NCBI GenBank assembly: GCA_963528245.1
Contig: CAURWB010000004.1
Coordinates: 774 to 64,773, forward strand
From: an uncultured Campylobacter sp.
GTDB lineage: Bacteria > Campylobacterota > Campylobacteria > Campylobacterales > Campylobacteraceae
DNA length: 64,000 bases
Direction: 5' to 3'
Shown: one piece after another, positions 30,174 through 39,572 of the stretch
Layout: each line of letters starts with the position of its first letter
Numbering within the stretch: position 1 is the first letter of the stretch
Translations under genes and position numbers: made by a program
Notes under the pieces: model-generated
The model's input: the letters and a program-made list of their open reading frames with translations, nothing else
What the model was told of the DNA's origin: nothing
The model's database searches: none

Positions 30174-31381
30174 AACGCGCAGCTTTCTCGCGCCATTTGG
30201 ACGCGGTTTTGGGGCTCGCGCGGTTAAATTTTGGCGGCGCACGGGACGGTGCGACTGCAAATTTGAACTCAAATTTAGCCCGCAAAATTTACTCTCCACT
30301 TTTTGCGGTTTTTGTGATTTGCGTATTTGCTGCGTCGCTTAGAGCCGAGCCGCGCCCGACGCAGGATGATTTTAACGCCTGCTTCGAGAAAAACTTGCCC
30401 GCCATGATAAACGTCGCGGGTAACGGCGGCATCGCGATCACGCCAAATCTAATCGCCGTACCTAAAGGCGAAATTCCCGTGAAAAACTACGTCAAATTTG
30501 ACCCGTATCTGGGCCTCTATCTGGTCTCCTCGGACGCCAAACTCGAGCCTATGAAGATGGCCGACGATAACGCGACGAAAAAAAGCGACTGGGTCAGCGT
30601 CACGCGCGATCTAAACGCGACCGTCTACGGCCACGTAAAGGCGCAGGCACAGGCGCTAGGCGAGCTGGACGTGCTCACGTTTGACGTAAACGGCACGGGT
30701 GCCGTGCTAAGTCCGTGCTGCAAGCTACGCGGTATCGCCGTGGGTGGGGACAAATTCGTCCCGAGCCGCTATCTAAGGCACTTTGCGGCGTATAAAGACG
30801 TTTACTACGGCGACGTCGGAGCGGTTTTCGAGGAGCGAGACGGCAAACTCTACGTAAAGAGCGTCGATCCGCTCGGACGCGGCGCGGCGCTGATGGTAGG
30901 GGATGAAATTTTGAGCGTAAACGGCGAGAAATTTGAGAGCCTGCGCGAGCTAAACGAGAGGATTTTGTTCGCCAAAAAGGGCGAGCGACTCAAATTTGAG
31001 ATTAAGCGCGGTGATGAGGTTTTGAGATTTGGCGTGGCGGTTTCGGACGACGCGGCCAAAAAAGAGCAAAAAGCGCCGACGAAAGCGGATAAAAAGGCCG
31101 TCTCTAGCGACGCAAAACCCCAGTCCATACCTCAAAGCAGCGATGCTGCGAGCGTGCAAAAGCTCTATGGCATAACCTTTGACGAGAAGCTAATAGTAAA
31201 AAGCATCGACGCAAGCTCGGGCGCGGCGAAATTCGGCGTCAGAGTCGGCGACAAGCTGATACAAGTGGGGCAAAAGGCGGTCTCAAGCCGCAAAGAAGCG
31301 CTAGGCCTGCTCGCTAAAGGCGGCGGTCAAAATTTGCTCTTTAGACGCAACGGCTTTGACTTTTTTTACAACGCGCGGTAG
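30170..31381 (+). CDS. Periplasmic PDZ-domain protein
   Basis: 403 aa; signal-like segment LFAVFVICVFAASLRA; two PDZ-like GD.IL.VNG / GDKLIQVG segments. The start is uncertain (ATG 30170 or TTG near 30263). Confidence 0.7.
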   Translation: MKRAAFSRHLDAVLGLARLNFGGARDGATANLNSNLARKIYSPLFAVFVICVFAASLRAEPRPTQDDFNACFEKNLPAMINVAGNGGIAITPNLIAVPKGEIPVKNYVKFDPYLGLYLVSSDAKLEPMKMADDNATKKSDWVSVTRDLNATVYGHVKAQAQALGELDVLTFDVNGTGAVLSPCCKLRGIAVGGDKFVPSRYLRHFAAYKDVYYGDVGAVFEERDGKLYVKSVDPLGRGAALMVGDEILSVNGEKFESLRELNERILFAKKGERLKFEIKRGDEVLRFGVAVSDDAAKKEQKAPTKADKKAVSSDAKPQSIPQSSDAASVQKLYGITFDEKLIVKSIDASSGAAKFGVRVGDKLIQVGQKAVSSRKEALGLLAKGGGQNLLFRRNGFDFFYNAR

Positions 31382-31468
31382 GTTCGGGCGGTAAATTTGA
31401 CGCCTTTGTGAGTTAAATTTGAGAAATTTAAACTGCGCTCGGAGCTTGAAAAATAAAACGGAGAATAG

Positions 31469-32647
31469 ATGCAAAATCAAAATTTAGCGGTAAAATCAAA
31501 ATTTAGTAGTAATGATCAAATTTGCGTTCAAAGCACGGCGAAATCGTCAAATTTGAGCGAGTCGCAGGCGCTGCCGAAGGATCAAATTTTAGCTCGCAGT
31601 TCGCGCGCGAGCTCGTACCAAAACCGCTCTCAATTTTTAAACGCGAACAAAGCTAGAATAAACTCCGAAAATCCGACTCAAAGCCCGAAAAACAGAGCAA
31701 ATTTGATCTCGCTCAACGCGGCAAAAGGCTCGTGTTTTACCTCGGGCGCAAATTTACAGCCCGGCATAAATCAAACGGCTCTGAGCGCCGCCGATCAGGA
31801 CGCGCTTTTGGCCGAGTTTAAGGCGTTTTTGAATGCGCATTTACCAAGCTCGCCTAGCTTTCATCCGTGCTTTGACGACGCGCTTTCCTACACGCTAAAA
31901 TCGGGCGGAAAGCACTTTCGCGCGATGCTGGTCGCAGGCGTCGTAGCGGCGGTGCGTCCCGAGCGCAAAGAGGCGGCGTTTCACGTAGCGCTGGCATTTG
32001 AGACGATGCACAGCTACTCGCTCATCCACGACGATCTGCCGGCGATGGACGACTCGGATCTGCGCCGCGGACAGCCTAGCTTGCACGTCAAATTTGACGA
32101 AGTGACGGCGATCCTAGTGGGCGACGCGCTAAACACCCACGCCTTTTATCAGATAGCAAGGGCTCCGCTGGATGCGGACGCGCGCATAAAATGCGTCGAG
32201 ATCCTAAGCCGCAACGCAGGTATCTACGGCATGGCGCTGGGGCAGGCGGTGGATTGTTATTTTGAAAATCAAAAACTAGGGCTTGAAGAGCTAAAATTTT
32301 TGCATATCCACAAGACCGCGCGCCTCATCGCGGCGAGTTTGCAGGCAGGCTGCGTCGTGGCTGGGCTAGACGAGGCGGAGGCTGCGCGTATCTACGATAT
32401 CGGGCTTGATCTGGGGCTGGCGTTTCAGATCGCAGACGACATCATCGACGCGACGCAAAGCGCCGAAACGGCGGGCAAGCCGACGCATAACGACGGCGCT
32501 AAAAACTCCTTTACCAACCTTCTTGGCGTGGAGGGCGCGGTGCAGGCTAAAAACGAGCTCATCGCAAAGATAGAGCGCGAGCTAGGCGGCGTGCATGCGG
32601 GCATACGCGCTATCGTGACGGGCCTCATCGACAAGCATTTGCGGTAA
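31469..32647 (+). CDS. ispA: Polyprenyl (farnesyl/geranyl) diphosphate synthase; the ORF carries a 113-codon low-complexity 5' extension
   Basis: 392-aa ORF; LIHDDLPAMDD and FQIADDIID aspartate-rich motifs. Homology to IspA begins near codon 114 (TTG 31808). The ATG at 31469 has a GGAG Shine-Dalgarno. Confidence 0.85.
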   Translation: MQNQNLAVKSKFSSNDQICVQSTAKSSNLSESQALPKDQILARSSRASSYQNRSQFLNANKARINSENPTQSPKNRANLISLNAAKGSCFTSGANLQPGINQTALSAADQDALLAEFKAFLNAHLPSSPSFHPCFDDALSYTLKSGGKHFRAMLVAGVVAAVRPERKEAAFHVALAFETMHSYSLIHDDLPAMDDSDLRRGQPSLHVKFDEVTAILVGDALNTHAFYQIARAPLDADARIKCVEILSRNAGIYGMALGQAVDCYFENQKLGLEELKFLHIHKTARLIAASLQAGCVVAGLDEAEAARIYDIGLDLGLAFQIADDIIDATQSAETAGKPTHNDGAKNSFTNLLGVEGAVQAKNELIAKIERELGGVHAGIRAIVTGLIDKHLR

Positions 32648-32854
32648 ATTCGGCTTAAATTTGCGTTTTAGGCGGTTAAATTTGAGCAGTTAAATTTGCC
32701 GTCAAATTTCGCAAATTTTATCTTTAACTACAAAACTCTATCCGCTCGGTATAAATAAACCATCTCGCAAACCATGCCGATGCCGCCGTAAATTCGGCAA
32801 AATTCGGCTCTCTTTTTATGCTATAATCTTTTAAATTTATCAAAAGGAGAGATA

Positions 32855-34105
32855 ATGAAAAAAATAGCCTTATCGCTTGCGCTTTTGTGTGCGGCGGCGT
32901 TTGCCAAAGAGTACGACTACATGCTAGCTAGCACCGCGCAAAAGACTTTTGAGGAGCCGACTTCTAGCTATGAAACGAAGCAAAGCTACGACGCCAAGGC
33001 TTGCCGCCTAGAGCTAGTTAGCAGCTCCGAGCTAGCAGACGGCCTAAAGGGCAAACACAAAGAGGTCAGCTACTACAACAAAGCCGGCGAGATGACGAAA
33101 TTTGAAGCCTTTAGCTATGATTTTACCGCGAAAAAATGGATCAAAGTAACCGAATACAAAGCCGACTATAAAAAAGGAGTCCTCACGCAGGAGTCTAGTT
33201 CGTTTATCAGGGGCGTGCCGGAAAATGCTAGCAAAATCATCACAAAGTACCTAAAAAACGCTAGCGAGGAGATCAGATACGAGCTGATAAAAGGCAAGTG
33301 GCAAAAAGCCGCGCTAACCAAAACCGTCGAGAACGCATACGGCGAGAACGAGCTTATAGTGCTGAGCGTCTGGGACGGCAAACGATGGCAGCCTAAGTCA
33401 AAAACGCAGCTGCTCTACGGCGCAGATGGACAGACGCGCGGCTATGAGAGTTGGGACTACGAAAACGGCGCGTGGCAAAACCGCGAAAGAAGCACTGTTG
33501 CAGGCGATGTGAAGGGCAAATACGAGCAGGTAAGAAGCGTATTTGAGGACGGCACGTGGCGCTATGACGAGATGTCAAAGCACGACTACGACGCCTCTAG
33601 CGGCAAAGACGTGACGATAAATCTCATCTGGAACGCCGAACAAAACGCATGGGAAAACAACAGCAAAAGCGTCTCGGTCGTAGAGGGCGCGGGCTTCGAG
33701 ACGGCGGCGTTTTTGTGGGATAAAGAGCGCAAAGAGTGGAAGCAGGAGTACTCCAACCGCAGCATCTACGACAAGACCGGCGAGCGTCTGCTAACTCAGC
33801 GGTACGACACGATGGACGGCAGCGAGAAGTTCGTCTACGGCTACAACGAGCGCGGCGATAACGTGAGCGTGGATATCTATGAGCTAGCTAGCGACGAAAA
33901 CGGCAAAAGATGGGTGCAAAATAAGCGCCTAGAAACGACCTTTGATCCGCGCATATTAGCCGACGACGTCGGACACGGCGGCTCGCTGATGTCCTTTGAG
34001 ATGCCTAGCAGATACGCGGTGACTAGCTTTAAGCAGTTTGTCGCGGCGGACAGTAAATTTAAGCTCGCCTCAGAGCAGACGTGGAAATATAAAAGGGTCA
34101 AATGA
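32855..34105 (+). CDS. Secreted repeat protein (8 x W..W / YD-like modules), paralog A
   Basis: 416 aa; signal peptide MKKIALSLALLCAAAFA; repeated modules such as WDYENGAWQ and SIYDKTGERL. Confidence 0.7.
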   Translation: MKKIALSLALLCAAAFAKEYDYMLASTAQKTFEEPTSSYETKQSYDAKACRLELVSSSELADGLKGKHKEVSYYNKAGEMTKFEAFSYDFTAKKWIKVTEYKADYKKGVLTQESSSFIRGVPENASKIITKYLKNASEEIRYELIKGKWQKAALTKTVENAYGENELIVLSVWDGKRWQPKSKTQLLYGADGQTRGYESWDYENGAWQNRERSTVAGDVKGKYEQVRSVFEDGTWRYDEMSKHDYDASSGKDVTINLIWNAEQNAWENNSKSVSVVEGAGFETAAFLWDKERKEWKQEYSNRSIYDKTGERLLTQRYDTMDGSEKFVYGYNERGDNVSVDIYELASDENGKRWVQNKRLETTFDPRILADDVGHGGSLMSFEMPSRYAVTSFKQFVAADSKFKLASEQTWKYKRVK

Positions 34106-34254
34106 TCTTTTGCTAGCGGCCCAACTGCGGTAAATTTGACGCTTTGGATTTGGTCAAATTTAACGAGCGCCAGAGCGTCAATTTAGCTCGTTAAATTTTG
34201 CTTTCGCATCAAATTTGACGCCGTTTGGGCGGCTAAATTTAAAAAGGAGCGAAT

Positions 34255-35526
34255 GTGAGATCTTTTTGGAAAGCAGCGGCGATGGCTGCGATTTGGGCCT
34301 TGCCGCTAGCTGCGTCGGGCGAAATTTGCCTAAAAAAGACTATCTATAAAACGCAGGGCGACGCCGTGCCGCGCTACAAATATGAAACGAGCCAAGCTTA
34401 CGACGCGAAGGCTAGAGTGCTAGAAAAAATCTACGACGAAATCAGCGACGAGGGCAGGCGCAGGACGAAAAGCATTGTCAAATTTGACGAAAGAGGCGAG
34501 CGCGAGATAGGCAGCACCGAGTACGAGTGGGACTTTAGAGCCGGCAAATGGCGCAAAGCAGGGTTTTCAAAAACAGAGAGGACAAAGGACGGCACGTTTG
34601 TTTTTATTGATACCCGCAGTCGAAACGGCAAGCTAAATCAAGGTCAAAAAAACGTCGAAAAGCGAACGGGCGCGACGGAAATCTCTCAAAATTTCACCCT
34701 AAAAAACGGCAAATGGACGCCGACGTATCTAATCAAAAGACTTTATGACGAAAACCACAAAACCGCGCTCATAGCGACATTTGAGTGGAGCGCCAAAGCC
34801 AAAAAATGGACTCCGTACGAAAAATCTATATACCGCTACAACGGCGACGTTTACGCTAGCTCCGAGGGCTATAAATGGCGCGGCAAATGGGTGCCGCAGA
34901 CGAAGCATGCGGCCTTTACGGCTGCGGATGGAGCGCGTACCGAGATAAATTTTACGTGGAGCCAGGACGCGTGGCAGCCGCAGGAGAGGACGTTGCAGAA
35001 AATAGAGCTCGAGTTTAGACGCTTTACCGATCTTAGATGCCGCTGGGACGCTGCAAGGAGCGAGTGGAACGGCTGCTACAAAAACGTGCGAGAGGAGACC
35101 GAACAAGGTAGGCTAAAATACTCCGCATCGTCGTTTTGGCATGAGGAGTCACAGCGCTGGGAGGTCGTGTTTGAAAACGAGCTTAGCTACGACGCGCGTG
35201 GCAACCTGATAAAAAATCGCGAGATGTCTGATGGCGAGCGGCGCGAGTACGTCTATACCTACGACGAGGCGGGAAATAACGTATCCTCAGCGCTTCGCGA
35301 GCCCGATGAGAGCGGCAAATGGCGCGAAACGCAAAAAACGGTAAACGTCTTTGAGCCGGACATCTTGGCGCGCGACGTCATGGATCGCGGATTCATCGGC
35401 GACTACGTGGCTGCGGGCGAAAACGCGATCAAAAGCAGCAAGCAGTATTTTTTAGACGGCGATGAGTTTAAGCTAAACGAGACGCTCGAGTGGTTTTACG
35501 AAAAGTGCGAGCAGTCTCGTGAATGA
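34255..35526 (+). CDS. Secreted repeat protein, paralog B
   Basis: 423 aa; GTG start after AGGAG; shares YETxQxYDAKA, the W..W modules and FEPDILARDV / FDPRILADDV with paralog A. Confidence 0.7.
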   Translation: MRSFWKAAAMAAIWALPLAASGEICLKKTIYKTQGDAVPRYKYETSQAYDAKARVLEKIYDEISDEGRRRTKSIVKFDERGEREIGSTEYEWDFRAGKWRKAGFSKTERTKDGTFVFIDTRSRNGKLNQGQKNVEKRTGATEISQNFTLKNGKWTPTYLIKRLYDENHKTALIATFEWSAKAKKWTPYEKSIYRYNGDVYASSEGYKWRGKWVPQTKHAAFTAADGARTEINFTWSQDAWQPQERTLQKIELEFRRFTDLRCRWDAARSEWNGCYKNVREETEQGRLKYSASSFWHEESQRWEVVFENELSYDARGNLIKNREMSDGERREYVYTYDEAGNNVSSALREPDESGKWRETQKTVNVFEPDILARDVMDRGFIGDYVAAGENAIKSSKQYFLDGDEFKLNETLEWFYEKCEQSRE

Positions 35527-35644
35527 GCCGTGTATCGTTCAAATTTCGCGCGATGATGCGATGACGTCTGGCTGTGAGGCGGATTTTGGCGTCTAAATTT
35601 GACGAGCGGCGGATGATGGTTTTTAAATAAAATTTAGGAGAAAT

Positions 35645-36502
35645 ATGCGAAATTTAGAGCAAATTTTAGCGTCGCTAGACGAGAGCGCGCAAAAGGTTTT
35701 GGTTTTAGGATGCGCAAAACACCCCGTTTGGGACGATGCGCAGGAGGTTTTCGCGCTAGCTACGAGGCAAATTTTAGATAAAAGCCTAGGGTTGCAAAAG
35801 GGCGTTGATTATAGCAAAACTCCTAAATTTTATGGTGCCCGGCCGCTCGCGTTTATCGGCGTGCATGCGCAGATGATCGGGCGAAAAAGCATAGGATTTT
35901 TGCTTACGGAAAGACATCTTTTGGTTAAATTTGACTCGTCGGCCGTAAACGTAGACGAGGTAGCGGCGGCGTTTAGGCTCGATAAGTATTTGCAAAACGA
36001 GCTGGAAAATCTCGCGTGGCAAGAGCTAGAAAAATGCAAATTTGAAATCGAGGACGAGATGAAAGCGGCGATGAAAACTGCGTTAAAAGCGGTCTTGCAG
36101 GCGGTTTTAGAGGAGGGCGTTAAGGTCGAGGAGCGCACGATCGCGGATAAAATTTTGGAGCTTGAGCTGGGCGAAGCGCTAAAAACGCCGCTTGACGAGA
36201 CGAAGCTGCTATCAAAATCGCTTAGCGTCTTTAAGCCCGTCTCGCCGATGCTTCACAGCCTTGACTGCTCGCTTTTTGGTAAGCCTTACGGCGTGATACT
36301 AGACGAGCGCGGACTTATTAGCCGCGAGCTGATGGAAGAGCCGGTTTTTAGCTCGTGGGACGAGATCGGGGGCGCACAAATCGAAGTAAAAGAGGACGCC
36401 GTAATAATCGGCGAAAAAGAGCATAAGATACCTTTTGAGCTAAAAGAGAAAAAGGAAAATTTCGCCGAGTTTTTAAAATTTACGGCGGCGTTAAAAGCGT
36501 GA
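35645..36502 (+). CDS. Hypothetical cytoplasmic protein
   Basis: 285-aa ORF with an AGGAG Shine-Dalgarno; no signal peptide; no motif recognised. Confidence 0.55.
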   Translation: MRNLEQILASLDESAQKVLVLGCAKHPVWDDAQEVFALATRQILDKSLGLQKGVDYSKTPKFYGARPLAFIGVHAQMIGRKSIGFLLTERHLLVKFDSSAVNVDEVAAAFRLDKYLQNELENLAWQELEKCKFEIEDEMKAAMKTALKAVLQAVLEEGVKVEERTIADKILELELGEALKTPLDETKLLSKSLSVFKPVSPMLHSLDCSLFGKPYGVILDERGLISRELMEEPVFSSWDEIGGAQIEVKEDAVIIGEKEHKIPFELKEKKENFAEFLKFTAALKA

Positions 36503-36550
36503 AATTTAAGCCGAATTTTCGTATAATCGCATAAAAACTAAGGAGAAAAA

Positions 36551-38461
36551 ATGCTAAAAAAGATGGCGGATACGATAAGGTTTTTATGCGCGGATATGGT
36601 GCAGCAGGCAAACAGCGGGCATCCTGGCGCGCCGATGGGGCTAGCTGACGTCATGGTCGTGCTTAGTAAGTTTCTAAATCACAATCCTAAAAATCCAAAC
36701 TGGCTAAACCGCGATAGGCTTGTGTTTAGCGGCGGTCACGCAAGCTCGCTCGTGTATAGCTTTTTGCATCTTAGCGGCTACGATCTTAGCCTTGAGGATC
36801 TAAAAAGCTTCCGCCAGCTAGGCTCTAAAACCCCCGGCCACCCGGAGATCCATACTAAAGGCGTCGAGGTCGCGACGGGGCCTCTGGGCCAAGGCGTAGC
36901 AAACGCGGTGGGCTTTGCTATGGCGGCAAAATACGCGGCTAATCTGCTAAACGAGCCTGAAAACGCCGTCATCGACCATAAAATTTACTGCCTCTGCGGC
37001 GACGGAGACTTGCAGGAGGGCATCAGTTACGAGGCCTGTGCAGTCGCGGGCAACCTGCACCTAGACAACCTCGTGCTGATCTACGACTCAAACAACATCA
37101 CGATCGAGGGCGACACGAGTATCGCTTGGAGCGAGGACGTGAAGGCGAGGTTTGAGGCTCAGGGCTGGGACGTCGCGCGCATCGACGGTCACGACTACGA
37201 TCAGATCGAGTTTGCGCTCGAGCAAGCCGCCGAGAAGGAGCGCCCGTACCTCATCATCGCAAACACTCGCATCGCAAAGGGCGCGGGCGAGCTAGAGGGC
37301 AGCCACCACAGCCACGGCGCGCCGCTTGGCGAGGAGATCATAAAGGCCGCTAAAATAGCGGCGGGCTTTGATCCTGAGCGTAAATTTGCTATCGACGAGG
37401 ACGTGCTGATCCGCTTCCGTGCCGCGATAGAAAAGGGCGACCTAGCCGAAGCCCAGTGGAATCAAAAAGTGCAAAATTTAAGCGCTGAGAGTAAAAATAT
37501 GCTCAACTCGCTGCTAAATCCCGATTTTAGCAAGATAAATTTTCCTGATTTTAGCGGCAAAAAGTTAGCCACGCGCGACAGCAACGGCATCATCATGAAC
37601 GAGATCGCGCGCGCGATGCCCGGCTTTATCGGCGGTAGCGCGGATCTGGCTCCGTCAAACAAAACCGAGCTAAAAGGCATGGGCGACTTCCCTAACGGCC
37701 GCAACATCCACTATGGCATCCGCGAGCACGCCATGGCCGCGATCAACAACGCAATCGCTAGATACGGGCTTTTCTTGCCGTTTAGCGCGACGTTTTTTAT
37801 CTTTAGCGACTATCTAAAGCCGTCTGCGCGTATCGCTTCGCTGATGAGCGTTAGGCACTTTTTTATCTTTACGCACGACAGTATCGGCGTGGGCGAGGAC
37901 GGCCCGACGCATCAGCCTATCGAGCAGCTCAGCACGCTTCGCGCGATGCCGAACTTTTACACCTTCCGTCCGGCCGACGGCAACGAAAACGCGCTTTGCT
38001 GGAAGGCGGCGTTAAATTTACGCGCTCCAAGCGCCTTCGTGCTAAGCCGCCAAGGCCTAGCTCCGCTTGAAAAAGGCGAATTTGGCGGTGTAGAAAACGG
38101 CGCATATCTGCTAAAACGCGCGCAAAACGCCAAAATCACGCTAATAGCTAGCGGCAGCGAAGTGGAGCTTTGCGTCAAGGCAGCTGAAATTTTAGCCGCT
38201 CGCGGTATCGGCGCGAACGTCGTATCCGCCCCGTGCTTTGACCTGCTTTGCGAGCAGCCGCGCGAATACGTAGAGCAGATCATGGATCCAGCGACCAAGG
38301 TCATCGCCGTCGAACCCGCAAGCGCGCTGGAGTGGTATAAATTTGCGGGTGAAATCTACTCTATGAAGAGTTTCGGCGAGAGCGGCAAGGCGGGCGCATT
38401 GTTTGAGTACTTCGGCTTCACGCCTGAAAAGATCGCGGAATTTGCGAGCGAACGCGCATGA
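36551..38461 (+). CDS. tkt: Transketolase
   Basis: 636 aa; SGHPGAPMG, GDGDLQEG and GEDGPTHQPIE motifs. Confidence 0.97.
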   Translation: MLKKMADTIRFLCADMVQQANSGHPGAPMGLADVMVVLSKFLNHNPKNPNWLNRDRLVFSGGHASSLVYSFLHLSGYDLSLEDLKSFRQLGSKTPGHPEIHTKGVEVATGPLGQGVANAVGFAMAAKYAANLLNEPENAVIDHKIYCLCGDGDLQEGISYEACAVAGNLHLDNLVLIYDSNNITIEGDTSIAWSEDVKARFEAQGWDVARIDGHDYDQIEFALEQAAEKERPYLIIANTRIAKGAGELEGSHHSHGAPLGEEIIKAAKIAAGFDPERKFAIDEDVLIRFRAAIEKGDLAEAQWNQKVQNLSAESKNMLNSLLNPDFSKINFPDFSGKKLATRDSNGIIMNEIARAMPGFIGGSADLAPSNKTELKGMGDFPNGRNIHYGIREHAMAAINNAIARYGLFLPFSATFFIFSDYLKPSARIASLMSVRHFFIFTHDSIGVGEDGPTHQPIEQLSTLRAMPNFYTFRPADGNENALCWKAALNLRAPSAFVLSRQGLAPLEKGEFGGVENGAYLLKRAQNAKITLIASGSEVELCVKAAEILAARGIGANVVSAPCFDLLCEQPREYVEQIMDPATKVIAVEPASALEWYKFAGEIYSMKSFGESGKAGALFEYFGFTPEKIAEFASERA

Positions 38462-39012
38462 AAACAGCGTTAGTTTTAATCGATATCCAAAACGATTATT
38501 TCAAGGGCGGCACAAACGAACTTGTAGGGCAAGAGGCGGCGGCGAAAAAGGCGGCTAAAATTTTAGCTCTTTTTAGGCGGAAAAATCTGCCTGTTTTTCA
38601 CGTTCAGCACATTGCGACCAGCGCGGGAGCGACGTTTTTCTTGCCTAACACGCGCGGCGCGCAGATTTACGAGCTAGTCGCCCCGCTACCGCACGAACCC
38701 GTCATCGTTAAACACGCTCCGGATAGCTTTTTAGGTACCGAGCTAAACGAGCGGTTAAAGGCACTCGGCGCGGAGCGAATTTTGGTCTGCGGGTCGATGA
38801 GTCATATGTGTATCGATACTACCGTGAGAAGCGCGATGGAGAAGGGGTTTAAAGTGGCTTTGGCTCACGATGCGTGCGCGACTAAGGATATGAGCTTTAA
38901 CGGCGAAAATTTGCCCGCCGCACTCGTGCACAAGGCGTTTATGGCGGCTATGAGTGGGATCTTTGCCGACGTTAAAAGCACGGATGAGGTTTTGGCGGAT
39001 TTTAGCGAGTAA
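38458..39012 (+). CDS. Isochorismatase-family cysteine hydrolase
   Basis: 184 aa; LIDIQNDY (Asp) and CGSMSHMCIDTT (Cys) catalytic context; ATGA overlap with tkt. Confidence 0.8.
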   Translation: MKTALVLIDIQNDYFKGGTNELVGQEAAAKKAAKILALFRRKNLPVFHVQHIATSAGATFFLPNTRGAQIYELVAPLPHEPVIVKHAPDSFLGTELNERLKALGAERILVCGSMSHMCIDTTVRSAMEKGFKVALAHDACATKDMSFNGENLPAALVHKAFMAAMSGIFADVKSTDEVLADFSE

Positions 39013-39183
39013 TAATTAATCCGAGGTGCGCTATTTTTTAAATTTTAGGCTAGCCGTGAAAGAATATTTATGCGGTCTAGCACAAATTTATTCGGAAGCT
39101 AGGGCGGTTAAGCGAGCATGCCGCTTGCGAGATTTTGCTACCAGGATTTCTCTAAAACCCTTAAATTTAAAACCAAGCGCTTA

Positions 39184-39202
39184 CCCCCCCCCCCCAAAAA
39201 AA
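39184..39202. repeat. Homopolymer C12 followed by A7
   Basis: Counted directly: C at 39184-39195, A at 39196-39202; lies in a 560-bp spacer. Confidence 0.95.
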
Positions 39203-39572
39203 CCGCTCATACAAGCGCTAGTCTATTAAGGCCCGTATTTACGGCTATTTCACGTAAATTTGCGGTCTATTGTAGATTTAAGGCGTGATTAAAATACGCT
39301 ACTCTACTCCGCAAGGAGCGGGAGTGTCTGGTAGTGTTCACGCCCAACTCGGCTTTTTGCATTTATTGCCGCTTCTCGCTCTTGATACCGCGTCGTCGCT
39401 CGTCCGCACCGATACGTAAATTTATCCCGCCCGTTTGCCTTAAAATTTGAGTAAATTTTATGATTTTTCTGCTAAAATCGCGTCTTTACGACTTTTAAAA
39501 CTGTGGCGAAAAATCTCAAATCTGCCGCCAAATTTGCGTAAAACGACTAAAATTTTATAATCAAGGTATAAA

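Noticed and set aside
39026-39229. 67-aa ORF spanning the C12 tract (…AYPPPPKKPLIQALVY)
   Set aside because: The GTG start directly abuts the only purine-rich patch, and the product is implausible. It is kept only as context for the homopolymer finding.
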